From Eledone cirrhosa (lineage: Eukaryota), in assembly GCA_964016885.1 (NCBI GenBank), contig OZ024741.1, positions 237,646,001 through 237,710,000 of the forward strand: a stretch of DNA of 64,000 nt. The letters run 5' to 3'. The translations under genes and the position numbers were made by a program. The notes under the pieces are model-generated. The model did no database searches. It worked only from the letters and a program-made list of their open reading frames with translations, and had not been told where the DNA came from. Each line of letters opens with the position of its first letter. Positions within the stretch are counted from its first letter, which is position 1. Below are positions 13,283-27,414 of the stretch, piece by piece.

Positions 13283-14256
13283 AAGGCTTAAAAACAAGTA
13301 CAAGGGTTGAAATAATTGATTAAAAAAATCAAAAAATAATCAAGTTGGTGCCCCAGTATGACCTCAGTCCTATGAATAAAAGCAGAAAAAGAATAAAAGA
13401 ATATATGAAACAATTTTAAGAGCAACTGAAATGTCTTTTGTTCCCTCGAGAGTCATTGGGTAATTTCATTTGACTTCAAAAGTCGTAGTAATATGTAAAA
13501 ATATATTCTCAACAATTGCCTTTGAACATCCCATTTACTGTTGTAGCTGTTCTTGGTGGTGTTACTATAGTAGCCATTGTGGATAATACGTCTCTGTAGA
13601 GAGACATATTACATGGCTGCTTGACCAGTCTAGGAATAGCAGTCAAATTTCCCTGAAACCACACCCTACTGTCTTGAGATAGGGGCAGAAAGTTTTTGAT
13701 CATAAGTCTACTCAATCTACCTATGTTTTGTCTACAGACATTGACCAACCAAAGTTGAAATTAAACAACACTATGAAGTGTATTTCCAGGATACACAAAA
13801 CTGTTCACCTCTTCAAGTCTTTTCCTCTCATGAAGATGCCAGGTTCCACATATATTTCCCCAAATTTTCAAAGTGATTCCACTTTGAAAATTTGTTGTGT
13901 CTACATATGATTTTTTAAGTAGTTGGATTTGATTTAATTTGATTGAAGGAGTCAAATATGAGCGATCCTAGACTGATATGTAACACATACAATGAAACAT
14001 GTGTCAGCGTAATGGAATAAATGTTATTCCCACTCTTCTGGAATGTGGTGTTTTAAATACTAATTTTGTAAATGTCTATATATACTCCGTAAACTACACT
14101 TGGAACCTTTAGTGTAGCTACCACAGGATTTACCAAATGAAATAATTCAACCATTGAGTAAAACACTACTGTAAGCGCCTTCAGTTTCTTGTAACAGAAT
14201 CAAAATAATTGATTACACTAATGGAAACTGAATAATACTATAATTCTTTCTATATA

Positions 14257-14608
14257 CAATGTACCTCCGGTATTCACAGTCCCAGTTATTTGGGGAACTT
14301 TCCTTAGAACCTAGCTAATAATTGTTTGTGGAAACCACCGCATACTCGCGGAATCGTAAATATCTTCTGAGATTTTTTTAATGGCTTTTTTGTGGCAATA
14401 TATATTTTTTTAATATCTAATTTATCAATAATAATATACTGTATATTTTTTATTATATTTTATGTTATATTTTGACGTTTATAGGCATTTTTATGACCAC
14501 ATCCAATATTTGCGGGTTTTCACTCTTCGCGGTGGTTACTTTCCTAGAGCACACACTCTTCACGAGGGCTCTAGGACCGTAACCCCTGCAAATACTGGGG
14601 GACAACTG
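14257..14608. mobile_element. Pogo/Tigger-like MITE
   Basis: Imperfect TIRs caatgtacctccggtattcacag / ctgcaaatactgggggacaactg, flanked by TA. Confidence 0.5.
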
Positions 14609-14840
14609 TATATGTATATAGAGTCTTCACTGGATTTTGGTCTTTATATTTATTATTATTATTACTGGTATTATGCAGTAATACAGAAGACCAGCCTTCC
14701 CATGTTCACGGGTTGAAGCATACATTTTTTTTCGCCTCCCTCCCACCTCAGTCATTCCATCCTCTCTCGCTCGCCTCCCTCCAGCTTCCATCATTCCACC
14801 CTTTTTACAGCCTCCCTCTGGGAGTTATTCCAGCAAAGAG

Positions 14841-15073
14841 TGTAATAACTGAGGCTGGAAGGCGGCTAGAAAGGGTGTAATAACTGAGGCTGGAAGGAGG
14901 CTAGAAAGGGTGGAATAACTCAGGCTGGAAGGAAGCTAGAAAGGGTGGAATAACTCAGGCTGGAAGGAGGCTATAAGGGGTGGAATAACTGAGGCTGGAA
15001 GGAGGCAAGAAAGGGTGGAATATCTGAGGCTGGAAAGAGGCTATAAGGGGTGGAATAACTAAGGCTGGAAGGA
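14841..15073. repeat. 35-36-bp minisatellite (ggtggaataactgaggctggaaggaggctagaaag), ~6.5 copies, within Helitron-like DNA
   Basis: Period 35 measured (14841, 14876, 14911); Helitron-type 3' end gcccgggttaaataaaCTAG at ~15148-15167. Confidence 0.8.
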
Positions 15074-15179
15074 GTCAAGCATTCCAAGATTTGTCAGCTG
15101 CAACTATGAAACACACTTGTTCTTGGTTCTGCGAAGTACCTGACATAGCCCGGGTTAAATAAACTAGAATAGTGAACAG

Positions 15180-15865
15180 GGAGCAAAGACTACTTACAAT
15201 ATGTGATATGGAAGCCTCAGAAAGTGCCTTGTCCCATTGAGAGTCATCTTCCAGTAATCCAAGTCAAAGGCAGACTTCATGATAAGATTGACAGGTAGTA
15301 TTAGCAACATTCATGTTGATTAGGGTGTACAGAAAAAACTCTTCCAAAAGCCCTATCAAATCTGATATCAAGATAATTTTGAATGGAAGCACCCCTTTTT
15401 TGCCTCTTCCATTGCTTATTGTCCCATGTGTAAGAAGGTAGCTGGTAATAATAAATTGTTCTTGCGTCATCCTGGCAAAGTTTGAAATAAGCTGTTAGAG
15501 TAGTTTCTTTAAGAACCAATGCTTGCTGAGCAGCAGTGGTAGCTGTGAAATAGACATGTTGAATTGATGGATAACGTTCATTTATTGAAAATCCAAATAT
15601 TTGCCAAAATGCTTCATTACTGCTGATTTATCTACCTTGTTGGTACATACTGACTTCATCTTGCACATCCCGTCTTTGTAGTGCAAACATTGCAGCATCT
15701 GATCCTTTTTTTTACATATTTGCAGACATATTTGATGGATTTCACTGAGTTGCAAAATTTGACATTGATATATGAGCATTAAATATTTTGAGTAACAGAG
15801 GGCAATATGGAAAAATCCATCTCTTGTCAATTTCAAGTGGTCCAACTTTGTTTTTGAAATAACAA
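15180..15865 (-). mobile_element. Helitron Rep/helicase internal fragment, degenerate; small related piece at 20340-20432
   Basis: IDKRWIFPYCPLLLKIFNAHI, KETTLTAYFKLCQ, FGRVFSVHP and LGLLEDDSQWD motifs. Confidence 0.85.
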
Positions 15866-16048
15866 GGTGGTGGTGGTGTGTGTGTGTATATATAAATATA
15901 TATATGCATTAACAAGTCTGATGAGCAGATTGATGCTGGAGTCTGTCTGTAGCACAAATATGGACCTTGAGTCAACCATCTGTGTAACACAACTGGTCAA
16001 TAACCAATAAAAACATATATGTAAAATTTTGTCATGTTATACTTAATT

Positions 16049-16097
<49 letters not shown>

Positions 16098-16213
16098 ACA
16101 TATATATAAATGTGTAAACCAAATGTAAAAGATATATGTATATATATATAGAGAGAGAAAGAAGCATATACTGTAGAGAAAACACAGTATATTGTATATA
16201 TATATATATATAT

Positions 16214-19200
16214 ATCATCATCATCATTTTACGTCCGCTCTTCTCTGCTTGCAAGGGTGGGATGGGTCTTATTCAGCACAGCATCTCTCCACTTGTCACG
16301 GTCCTTTGTCATCTCCACCGTGAGCTTCAGCGATCTGAGGTCTATTCTCACCACCTCCGCCCATGTTTTTCGTGGTCTACCTCTACCACGTCTTCCTTCA
16401 ACTGGCATTTCCTAGCGCTTCTTTACCCATCGGTCATCCTCCATACGCATCACATGTCCATACCACCTCAGTCTCCTCTCACGTACACTACATTCTATCC
16501 CTCTCAGACACAGTTTCTTTCTCAACACGTTCATGCTGGGTCGTTCATGCACATTGACACTGAACATCCAACGGAACATGCTTGCCTCATTTCTCTTCAG
16601 CCGTTGCATATCCTCTGCAGTTGCTGCCCGTGTCCCACTACCATGCAGCATCGCGCTCCTCACACAAGCATCATATAACCGGCCTTTCGTACGCAGGGAG
16701 AAACCCTTCTTCGTCAGCAGAGGAAGCAGCTCCCTAAACTTCTTCCAACCCATCCTTATTCTAGATACTATGGCCTCGGAACACCCCCTCCCATGCTAAT
16801 CTGATCTCCTAGGTACCGGAAGCTATCCACCACTACTATAGCACCCGCCTGCATTTGAAAAATATGTCTATCAATGCGACTTCTACTGTCTAATTTCCCT
16901 GTACATCTACTGCATACGTAGTTCTCCCTACCTGTTAGTTTGCCTGCTATCCCGCTACATTTCTTGTGTACCCAGGATCTGCATTGTGTGCATTTTATAG
17001 AATTTATGCCAGTTCCTTTTCCGCATATCGAACATGGCCATTTCCCTGATGGAATCAGAGTTTTGTCCTCTTTTCTACTCATCAACACTTTTGTCTTAGC
17101 TAGGTTCACTCTCAGTCCTCTTGCTTCCAACTGCTGTTTCCATAGCCAGAATTTATTCTCTAGCTCCTCTACTGATTCTGCTATAAGAACCAGATCGTCA
17201 GCATAGAGAAGTTCCCATTGACAGCCAGTCTTAAACTCCTCTGTTATGGCTTGGAGGACTATAATGAACAAGAGCGGGTTGAGGACCGAACCTTGATGTA
17301 CTCCTACTTGTATCTGGAATTCCTCACTAAACTCCATTCCTACCCTGACTTTACTGACAGTACCTCTGTACAAAGTTTGCACTGTCCTCACAAGCCATTC
17401 CTTAACACCTAGTTTCCTTAGGGACCACCAGATGACAGATCGGGGTACCCTATCAAAGGCCTTCTCTAGGTCTACAAAGACTAAGTATAGTGGCTTATTT
17501 TTCTCTAAGAACCTCTCTTGTAATTGTCTCACCAAGAAGAGGGCATCTGCTGTACTCTTCCCAGGCACAAAACCAAACTGCATCTCATCTAGTTTGACCC
17601 TTTCTCTAATTAGTTGTGCTAATATCCTTTCTGCCACTATCATAACCTGATCCATCAGTTTTATACCCCTATAATTGCTCCTCTCCAGAGCATCCCCTTT
17701 ACCTTTGTAACAATTTATGAGAATACTGCTGCACCAGTCTTTGGGTATGACACCACCATATATAGCCTGATTGATGATGCGTACAACCAGTTTAGTGCCT
17801 TCGTCCCCTGATGCCTTCAGCATCTCAGCAACTATCCCCGATGGTCCAGCAGCCTTACCATTTTTCATTTCCTTAATCGCCTCATGGACCCTATATTCAT
17901 CAATCTCAATAGTTGGTCCCTCTTTCGGATCTACTGAGGGTAATTTCTCTCTCTCCCATTCGTTCTCCACATTCATCAGTCTCTCATAATGACATTTCCA
18001 GGCCTCCTTTTTCTGATCATGCCGGACACATTTATCTCCAACAACATCCTGATTAGCATTGACACACTGCCTTGCAATGTGGAACACCGCATGCCTCTGA
18101 TCTTCCCGTCGTAGAACATTGGCAAACCTCTACTCTCAGCCTCCCTGCGTGCTAAGTACACCTGACGTCTAGCTTCTCTCTTAGCGGCTGTACATCCTTC
18201 CCTACTCCCACCCTTTTCCAAAACCTTCCATGCTAGTCTTTTGTCTCTAATGGCCTTATCAATCTCTGTCTGGTTGGAGCTCTGCTCCAGCCACAAGTTT
18301 CATCAGTAGTCTGCAGCAAGTTGTCACGTAAGAAATTCCAGTTATTATCTATGTCAAACGTCTCTAAATCGTCTTCTTTTTCGTCATATACATCTTGAAG
18401 GGCTTTCCTAAATTTGTATTTTAGTGAAAGGTCTTTTAGCTTCCAGTCTTTTCTTCTCCACACCTTCCTGTATGTCTCATTCCATCTCTTGCTTACTGAG
18501 ATATCACTAACGACTAGCCTATGCTGTGGGGTACATTCTTCCCCAAGGTATGCCTTGGTATTAGACACTATCTGCCTGTCCCACTGCCTAACTAGTAAGA
18601 AGTCAATCTGGCTTATGTGCTTGCCAGATTTGTAGGTTATTAGGTGGCTGGCAGGTTTCTGGAAGTTAGTGTTGCAAATAGTCAGTGTACTTGCATCACA
18701 AAATTCAAGAAGTCTCACTCCTTCATTTTTTGAGCTGTAACCGTGCCCACCATGTACCCCAGTGTAACCATCCTGGAGCTGTCCAACATGACCATTGAAG
18801 TTCCCTGCTAGCATAACGATGTCTCCGTCCTCTGTCATTGCGGTTGTTTGTAAAAGTTGCTCGTAAAAGCAGTCTTTCTCTTCTTTGCTTAGGCCTGCTT
18901 GGGGTGCATAGGCAGAGATGGTTGTCAGTAGTCTCCTGCCTACAACTAATCTAAACTTAATTATTCGATTACTAACTCAAACTACCTCTATTGTCTTATT
19001 GATCCATCTCTCAGCCAGGAAAATGCCTACTCCCCCTAACCCATCATCCTTACCTACCCAGAAAAGCTTATAGCTAAGATGTCTGCCTACGACTAGTCTC
19101 GCAGCGGCACCTCTCCATCTCACCTCTTGCACGCAGCACACATCCACCTGCCTTCTCTCCAGTATCTCTGCTATTTCAGCAGATCTACCTCTGAGAGTGC

Positions 19201-19372
19201 CAACATTAAGTGTTGCAACTCTGAGATGCGACGTCTTCATATTTTGTTGTTCCTATCTATTTGTTGCTGTGCTGATAAGCGTTTTGGCATTGATACACTG
19301 GTTGGATGCCCTTCCTAACACCAGCGCCACTTTACAGCATGGACTGGGTGCTTTTATTTGTGCCACCAGCAC
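16214..19372 (-). mobile_element. Near full-length RTE LINE family A (APE endonuclease-RT-PHD), frameshifted, inserted in (TA)n
   Basis: ATG 19240 LRVATLNVGT, QEVRW, GNFNGH, YRGIKL, QFGF, DLEKAFD, YADD, CSIC/CTQC/HKKC/CSRC, RLRWYGHVMRM; ~130-bp 5'UTR; (GAT)n tail. Confidence 0.95.
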
Positions 19373-19587
19373 TATATATATATATCTTTTTCATTTGTTT
19401 TATTGTTGCTCTGGATAAAATCTATTGAGCTTGCTTATTGAGAAACCCAAAATTCTAACATATTTGATGTTTTGATTCATTATATTGGTGTATATATATG
19501 TATGTATGTCTATCTATCTATCTACCTATATACATATATATATATACCTATATATATATACCTATATATATATATATATATATATAT

Positions 19588-19888
19588 GATATTAACAAAT
19601 GGAAACTATATTTATAAAACCATATTTATTTCATTATACATATTTCAAGGACACCAAGTTAAATTATGGTGTGCTTTCATCAGATAAAATATAATATAGA
19701 GCAGTTTTATAAATAAATATTGACATACCCTTAAAGAATGCAACCATTACTGTTGGAAGCTCCCATGGTTTTATAAATATAGTTTCCATTTGTTAATATC
19801 GTATTTTTACTCCAATTATTTGTTGAGTGCTTTATATCAGTTATAAAAATATTTGCTTGTTGTATCCCAACAATTTAAATAGAACTTT
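19588..19888. mobile_element. Penelope pseudo-LTR fold-back fragment (36-bp arms 19588-19623 / 19765-19800)
   Basis: Homologous to 33237-33445 and 39350-39520; contains a hammerhead. Confidence 0.8.
19627..19691 (-). ncRNA. Minimal type I hammerhead ribozyme (long stem II family)
   Basis: tattttat-CTGATGA-aagcacaccataatttaacttggtgtcctt-GAAA-TATGTA-TA-atgaaata. Confidence 0.75.
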
Positions 19889-19941
19889 TACATATATATA
19901 TCTATATAATAAATGTAATCTGAGTTTTTCGAATATTAATA

Positions 19942-20118
19942 ATTGTTTCTACTTTAGGCACAAGGCCAGCAATTATCCAGTGCATTACTGGTACTTTATT
20001 TTATCAACCCCGTAAGGATGAAAGGCAAAGTCAACCTCGGCGGGATTTGAACTCAGATCGTAAAGGGACGTAACTATGCTGGAAAGCATGGTGTCCGACC
20101 CTCTACTGATACTGCCAA
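19942..20118 (-). mobile_element. tRNA-derived SINE family 2; further copies at 25870-25972(-), 29143-29332(-), 40006-40189(+), 50126-50318(+), 55890-56009(+), 61795-61945(-), 63780-63995(-)
   Basis: tggcagtatcggtag A-box, gagttcaaatccc B-box, gcctttcatccttacggggtcgataaaa central box, ...cctaaagtagaaacaatt tail. Confidence 0.85.
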
Positions 20119-20230
20119 TAATAATAACATTCCATTCGTTTGCAATTATGCAAACAAGCCTCAATTTTATATTCATGTCAGTAGAATGAACCCTTCATTC
20201 TTGCTCTTGTGTTGGCATGTGAACAGAACT

Positions 20231-20270
20231 GCAGACACTAATGTTTCTGGGTATCACCCTTCATCAGTAC
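20231..20270 (-). ncRNA. Minimal type I hammerhead ribozyme
   Basis: gta-CTGATGA-agggt-gat-accca-GAAA-CATTAGTG-TC-tgc; intact core but only 3 bp of stem I. Confidence 0.6.
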
Positions 20271-21229
20271 TTATTGTATTCAGTCATGTAGAGCGAAATT
20301 TTCTTTTTTATATACCTATATAGATATAGATATATTTGCTCTACAAAGACAGGGTGTGCAAGTCAATATGTACCAACAAGGTAATGAAGCATTTTGGCAA
20401 ATATTTGGATTGTCAATAAATGAATGTAATCCATGCTGGCATGGAAGGTAGACGTTAAATGGCGATGATGATGATATATATATGTAAAAGGTAAAAGTGA
20501 AAAAGTACAGGGGTGTATTTAAAGATTATTTTTTTTATTTAAACAGAATTAATATTTTAAAAATTGTTACATTAAATGGATTTAAGTTTTCAAATATCAC
20601 CAGTTTCAATTGGTATGTCAATGTTATTAAATAATTTGTTCTCATGTTCTGTAGGCAGTTAGAACACATGCACATTTTCTGTCAAAATATCTTCTTATAT
20701 ATATGTTCTTTATGAAGGTGAGGTGATGTTGGTGGAAGTGGGGCTCAACAGATCAGGATTCAATTGATTCTTTTGATTTAAATAGGAAATTCCTTTTCCA
20801 TTCATAAGAATGGTCCAGATGACACTTTGTTGTTTTGTTGTGTGCATATAGGTGGGTTCTATTGGGTCAAAAGTTCAAGTTATTTTCAGGGTTTGTGAAA
20901 ATAGCTAGAAATAGCTAAGAGTGGATATAAAGTTTTTCTTTTATCTTGTGGTATGTATGTGTGTATGTGGCGTTTAAAGATCTAGTATATTTTTTAAGAT
21001 TTGCAAGAATAAAAAAAGAAGGAAAATAAAATAAAAATACAAATATGGGTATAAACATAAATTTTGTCAAAGAATAGGTTTCTGGAGGATTTGAGAAAAA
21101 AAAAAAACAAACAAAAAAAAAGCAAAGGAAATAAAGAAAGAAAAAAAGGATTTTAGTGGATGTTTCCTTTTATCTTGTGGTGTGTGCGTGGTTGTAATAT
21201 CTAAATTTACTTACAGATGTGTGTAAATT

Positions 21230-22045
21230 GGCTATTTATTGTCTAATGGGGGACAATTACATGTTTAATTGTGGTTTATATTTTTTAATAAATTGTTTTA
21301 CTTTATTTATTCTCTGTTATTGAGTGAAAGTGTCTGAGCACTTGTAGAGTGGTAAAATTTTGAAGTTGGATACATCTAATCCTGCACATATTGCAATGTG
21401 ACTGCTTAGAGTTTTTTTTTTCATGTTTTCATCACATATTTGTTGGTAATGTATGGTCATTATTTTGCATAATGATACTTCTATCTGTCATATGTAATTT
21501 TGCAGACATCCACAGCATGTAATCACATAGATTAGGTTTTCCAAGTTGCAGATGAAATTTTCTTTTACTCTGAAGGTTTGTGAATCCTTAAATTTGAATT
21601 ATGGTTCTTCAATTGGAAACAAGTATGTACAACAATTTGATTTTTTACATTTTGTAACAGTGGAGTTTGGGATTTGTTTGTAAGTTTTTTCCCCAGTAAG
21701 GATATGTTTGAGTGTTTTGGGCTGTCTTTTATTCTTGATGATTTTGTGTGATTCTATAATTTTTTTTCATTTTTTCATAGAATATGAAGATTTTTGTGGA
21801 AGTGGTCACACATTTCAATATTTTGGGGGTTGAAGGTTAACACATATGATTAAACATTTTCCCTGGGTTTGTTTTTTGTTGTCCTTAACTCTTGGATATT
21901 TATATGTTTAGCTCTTTCTATTCCATTGGTTAAGTGGGAAGGCTCTTTGGGCGAGTATACTTTTCAGTTCATCCAGTTTTTGCTCACATTTGATTGAGTC
22001 CAACACTATTATGTAAATTCGTTTTGCTTGGTTAAATAGAATTCT
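21230..22045 (-). mobile_element. Degenerate Penelope-like element, C-terminal (GIY-YIG) part
   Basis: Minus-strand FICNLENLIYVITCCGCLQNYI aligns by eye with FTCASENLIYVLTCSGCREQYIG at 31211-32029. Confidence 0.75.
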
Positions 22046-24863
22046 GTTGAAAACTCAGACTAGCTGAATTCTTCTCTGAAAGCAATGATAATGAAGACAA
22101 ATCACTAATTAGAAATAAAAGTGATTTCTATTCAAAGAAAGGAAAGAATAAAGCACTAAACTCCTACTGCGCACACATTATGGAGGATGGAAACTCCATT
22201 ATTTAGGTGAGGGACCAGAAGACATTGTACACATTGAGTAAAAGCAGTTACTTGGTAATGGTGATTTGGTCCTTTTGAAGTTCTTTGTACTTGGAAAGGA
22301 ATAAGGGTGTGCAATTGCTTGATGATGGTTGAGGGGTTCTCGCACATAGCTAAGTTAGCCAACCCACTACCATGCAGAGCACTAACATGACTAATATTAG
22401 TACTGCATACACAATTAGTGAGAGTTTTATGTGTTGTACTTTGCATAGTTTTGGCAAAGCTTTACTAGCTGGGTGCCCTTCCTACGATCAACCACTTTAC
22501 AGGATGGACTGGATGCATTATTTATGCCACCAGCACTAGAGAAGTTGTCTTACTGGATTGAAGGGTCCTCTCTACCTTGTATCAGTTTTTATGCAGTCGT
22601 ATTTTACTCTGAGTCATTGCCCTCTTCCACTCAACAGTCAGAACATTTTTTTTTTTGTTATTGCAATATGATTTGAGATAGCAGAGTAGCTGAGTTATTA
22701 GAAGATTGAATAGATCATTGTATTCATTCTGGTTCTTTGTGCTCAGTTCAAATCTGGTTGAAACTCTCTTTGCCTTTCATTCTTTCAAAGTCAATAGATA
22801 TAGCACCAGCCCTGTACTGGGGTTGATTCTGTCTCTATATATCTTTCAAACAATATCCTTTTCCAGAAGGAATCAACTGTTTCAGACCTAGAAAGGGGAT
22901 GGGCTTTGCCAGATTTAAATACCCAAGATTTGTATATCAATATGGTGCCCATATGACTCAATTAGAGATTGAGGGCTCATGCATGCAAATATGAACCTCT
23001 ATCTCCCCCCCCCCCTGTACTTTACAGTCATTCAGAAGACTGGCTGTGGGCTTTGCTTTCTCCAGGCTCTTGCATTGCTTTTTCTTGCTTTCTTTACAGA
23101 AAACAACTGGGTGCAATGAGGTGTTGGTTCTAATTGTACTGAAGCTATTGCATTGCTGATGTTGTGTATGAGTAAGGATAGTTAATCTCTCTCTTTTTGA
23201 TTCTCTGTAAGAAATTATCTGTGTTCAGACCTAAAGAGTGAATAGCTTGACCAGGTTCAAAGTGCCTAAGACACTCTGTATGTTCCAATAGGGCCATTAT
23301 GACTCCACCATGTGTTACAGGTCCATTCATACATGCATACAAAGATAGTAAAGAATTGATAAGTACACTAAAATATGCTATAATTAGGAAAAGGTTTGTG
23401 TGTGTGTGTGTAAGAAGGTGAACTGGCAGAGGCGTTAAGGCGTTGGATTAAAAATGCCTCTGGCTCATTGTGTTATGAGTTCAAAATCTACCAAACTCAA
23501 CTTTGCCTTTCATCCTTTCAAGGTTCATATATCAAGTACCAATCCATCACTAGAGTCGATTCTTCCTCTATCTATTTTTATCACTTTCTCTCTTTCTTTC
23601 ACTCTTGATATTTATTCCTCTAGAAGAAATCGTCTGTGTTCAGACCTGGAGAGGGCTGGGTTTTGCCAGGTTCAAAATGCTGAAGACACTCTTTGTAATG
23701 ATGACACCTCTAGGACTCCATCATGAGTTAAGTGTAAAAAAACATGTATATTCATTTTATTAAGGCTAAATAGTGAGTCTAATTACTCTGGAGTTTCGCT
23801 TGTTTATCACAGGGATATACATATGCATACATACACACATTTATATACTTATTGTACGTATCCTCTCACACACACATGCATGTATGTATGTGTGTATGTG
23901 TGTGTAATTTTAATACAAGACTATATACATTAACTAAGGGAGGTAATTAGAAACGGCCTACTTTCTTTTCTATTACCTCCCTTGCTACCTATGTATTAGG
24001 AAGAATTGGAATGTCTTCACTAGTCTACTATAGTCTTTATCAATACACACATTTTTATTTCAAGGTAAGTATTCCAATCTAGTATTTATTAACTTATGTT
24101 GTTTTTAGTCTTATTACACTCACACATTCTCAAACATGTTAACTCTGTATCGTTTTGTGCAAACATATAATCTTTCTCCCATTACACGCATACACATATA
24201 TGTCTTTATATCTCTCTCTTTCTCTGACACTGTCTGTCTTTCTATGGGTTTCTCTTAGTTGGATCTCTCGACCCCAAAAAATAGCTAATTTCACCCCAAA
24301 TCGTTTTATAATGCCTCTCTCCGATTGAAATCCTCTTCGTATGTCCTTACATACAGATACAGACACATAATATGGGCAAACACACACAGCCACTCACTTG
24401 ATACAAATAGGTACGCTCATACGAACACACTCACAACTAGACACACAGATATTCATAACATGAGTATACGAGCCAACGAGATGGGATAGGTATCTAAATG
24501 GTCATTCGCCCTGCTAGAAATAGCAGGAAAAAACTTCCAAATCACACGCTCTCGTCAAAAAAAGGAAGTGCACATTGGATAATGTAGTCCTAAATATACT
24601 GTCTAAAAATACGGTGAAATGATCCTGGCCAAATTGGGCATACTTAGGGCTAAACAACAACAACATTGACACACAGTTGGAGTCATTAATACACATAGAT
24701 ATGTATAGCTACACTGGCGAACAGACACAAACACAGTGACATATAGACAAACAAATACATACATAGATAGATAAACACATATACACACAGTTGGAATCAT
24801 TAATGCACCAATGTATGTATAGCTACACATACACTGGCAAATAGACGCAAACACAGTGGTAGA

Positions 24864-25220
24864 TATGTTTCTTTATTAGCCACAGGGGCACAAAAGAAGG
24901 GGACAAATACAAAGGGGGAAGTTTACATACAATAAAAACGTGTAAAATACTATCACAAATGCAATTTAAAAATTAATCGATTTTCCCCAATAGGGGAGAC
25001 ATTTCATATGGGTAACACATACCCCCGAAAAAATGTGCAACCCTCATCTCCAGGAGTACGAAGAGTTTGTACCTCTTTTCTCTCTTCCTCTTTTTCCTCA
25101 ACCTACAGGCTGATATAGAAAGAAGGCCCATCCACTCGGGCCATTCTCGCCACTTTCACCCACCTTTCATAAAACTTGCTGGGGTACAGCACCTCTCTCT
25201 CCATCCTGATTCTTCTTCCA
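24864..25220 (-). mobile_element. Possible 3' end of an L1/Tx1-like LINE
   Basis: Minus-strand SKFYERWVKVARMARVDG, then a UTR ending in aataaag. Confidence 0.35.
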
Positions 25221-26534
25221 AAGATAGATAAATAGACGGACAGACATACTCATACATAGATAGACAGACAGATATACACACACATGTACACTCATAGATA
25301 GACAAACAATCAAATGCACGCTTGCATGGTTTAATAGACACTTATATATACTGATGGACTCAATACATTAAGATATATACAGCTACACACACATACATAT
25401 TGACGAATAAACACAGACAGTGATAGATAGACAAACAAATACACGGATATATATAGATAGATAGACAAACAAATACACGGATATATATAGATAGATAGAC
25501 AATCACATACGCACGCATACATAGATTAACAGACACACGCATAGACAGGCATCCATCTATAGTGGGATCAAGATAACCTGCACGACAATACAAAGGGGAC
25601 CGTGCATTGATTATCCCCATCTTCATTCTGACACTGAATGTTATCATTAAGTACCATATAACGTGTATATATATGTACACAAACAGTTTTGGATGTGTAA
25701 ACGGGAGTAACAAACCTCATTACATAAGTAGAGTGATGCGTATTGCATTATAGCTGTGAAACTATACCAGTAACTCAAAGGTAAGAGTTTCGTGCTTAAG
25801 TGCACTTTTCAAATCCAAGCGCGAAACTGCTGCCCCTTGGGCAACTGGTATAGCTTCAGATCAGTAATAATTGTTTCTACCTTTGACTCAAGGCCAGCAA
25901 TATCCCAGTGCATAACTGGTGCTTTATTTTATCGACCCCGTGAGGATGAAAGGCAAAGCTAACCTCAGTGGGTGGACGTTTTGGTGTTTACAGTCTGGGG
26001 AAAAGAACTCAACACATAAAGCAGAGCGTGAATATCTTAGAAGCTGAAGCTTTGTGTGTATGTGTGCAAATAAAAACGTGTGCATCTGTCTGAATCTTTA
26101 TTTATTTATGTGTATATAAGTTTATTAAAGTGCTTTCTAGTAAACTTATGTACACCCACATGCATTTATATTTAAAGTGAAAGAGATGCATTTTTGTGAG
26201 TGTGAATGTTTCTATATATGAATGCATGTGTTGGTGTGCATTCTGTCAAATTTGCTTGATGTATGTATATGTGTGTTGTACCAGAATGTCTGTATGTGTA
26301 GCTTTCCAGAATACTTAAGTAAGTTCTCTCTCTGGAAGTGCTGCTGTTTGTAGATCCTGGCTACAGTAGAAGACACTTGTCCAAGGTGCCATGCAGAGGA
26401 ACTGAGCCAAATCCACATGGTTATGAAGCGAATTCTTTAACTATACAACTATATCTATATATATATATGTTGTGTGTAACCCAGTTTTTAGAATAGGTAC
26501 ACCATATCCCTGCATACCATAAGATGCTACTAAA

Positions 26535-27250
26535 AGGATTGGCGCCAGGAAGAGCATCCAGCTATAAAACATTGTTTCAAAACATCCCATCCAACCCATG
26601 TCAACATGGAAAAGTAAATGTGCATCATTTAACATCCACTTTCCCTGCTAGCAAGATTTGGATGTGTCTTCACAGACCAAGTCAGTGAAGACTGGTTACT
26701 GACCTCCCAGACAAGCTGTGGGTTCATATTTTGCTTATATATGGTTCCACATACTATTAAGTGCATTTTATCATAGCACTGGCACTAGAGAGGTTGTCAT
26801 GTCTTTGACACAACTGGAGGGTCCTCCCAACTCCTTGTTTGGAAAGCTTTCTTCTGCTGGATATCCTTCCTATCACCAACCACTTTACACTATGTACTGG
26901 GTGCGTTTATTGTATAGATTACCAACACTGGGGAGGTTGTCATGTCCTTGACATAGCTGAAAGGTCCACTCATCCCTTGGTTTGACAAGCTTTTTATAGC
27001 TGGATGCCCTTCCTATCACTAACAACTTTAAAGTGTACTGGATGCATTTATTGTGTAGATCACCAACACTAGAGAGGTTGTTGTGCCATTGACGCAACTG
27101 AGGGGTCCTTTCAACCCCCTTAGGCATGGTTTCTATAGCAGTGTGCCCTTCCTATCACCAACCACCTTACAAAGTGTACCAGGTGTATTTTCATGGCACC
27201 ACCACTAGAAAGGTTGTTGGTCATAGTCCCAACTGAAGAGCCCTCTCTCC
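26535..27250. mobile_element. Cluster of degenerate RTE-UTR/SINE modules (about 4 tandem minus-strand copies)
   Basis: Repeated gctggatgcccttcctatcacc...ctgggtgc motifs. Confidence 0.65.
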
Positions 27251-27414
27251 TTTGTGGGGGTTCAGGGTGGTGGTGGCAATAAGGAAAGAGAGATAGATAT
27301 GAAGTTATTGGTGTATGGTTAGTGTGGTGATTTGGCAGGGTGATGATTAAGGGGTGGTAGTGGAGAGGGTAGAGAGATTAGCTACTGGGGTGTGATAGTA
27401 AGGGTATCTAAGGA

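Noticed and set aside
12698-13310. His/Ser/Thr-rich ~200-aa ORFs
   Set aside because: Minisatellite open in several frames
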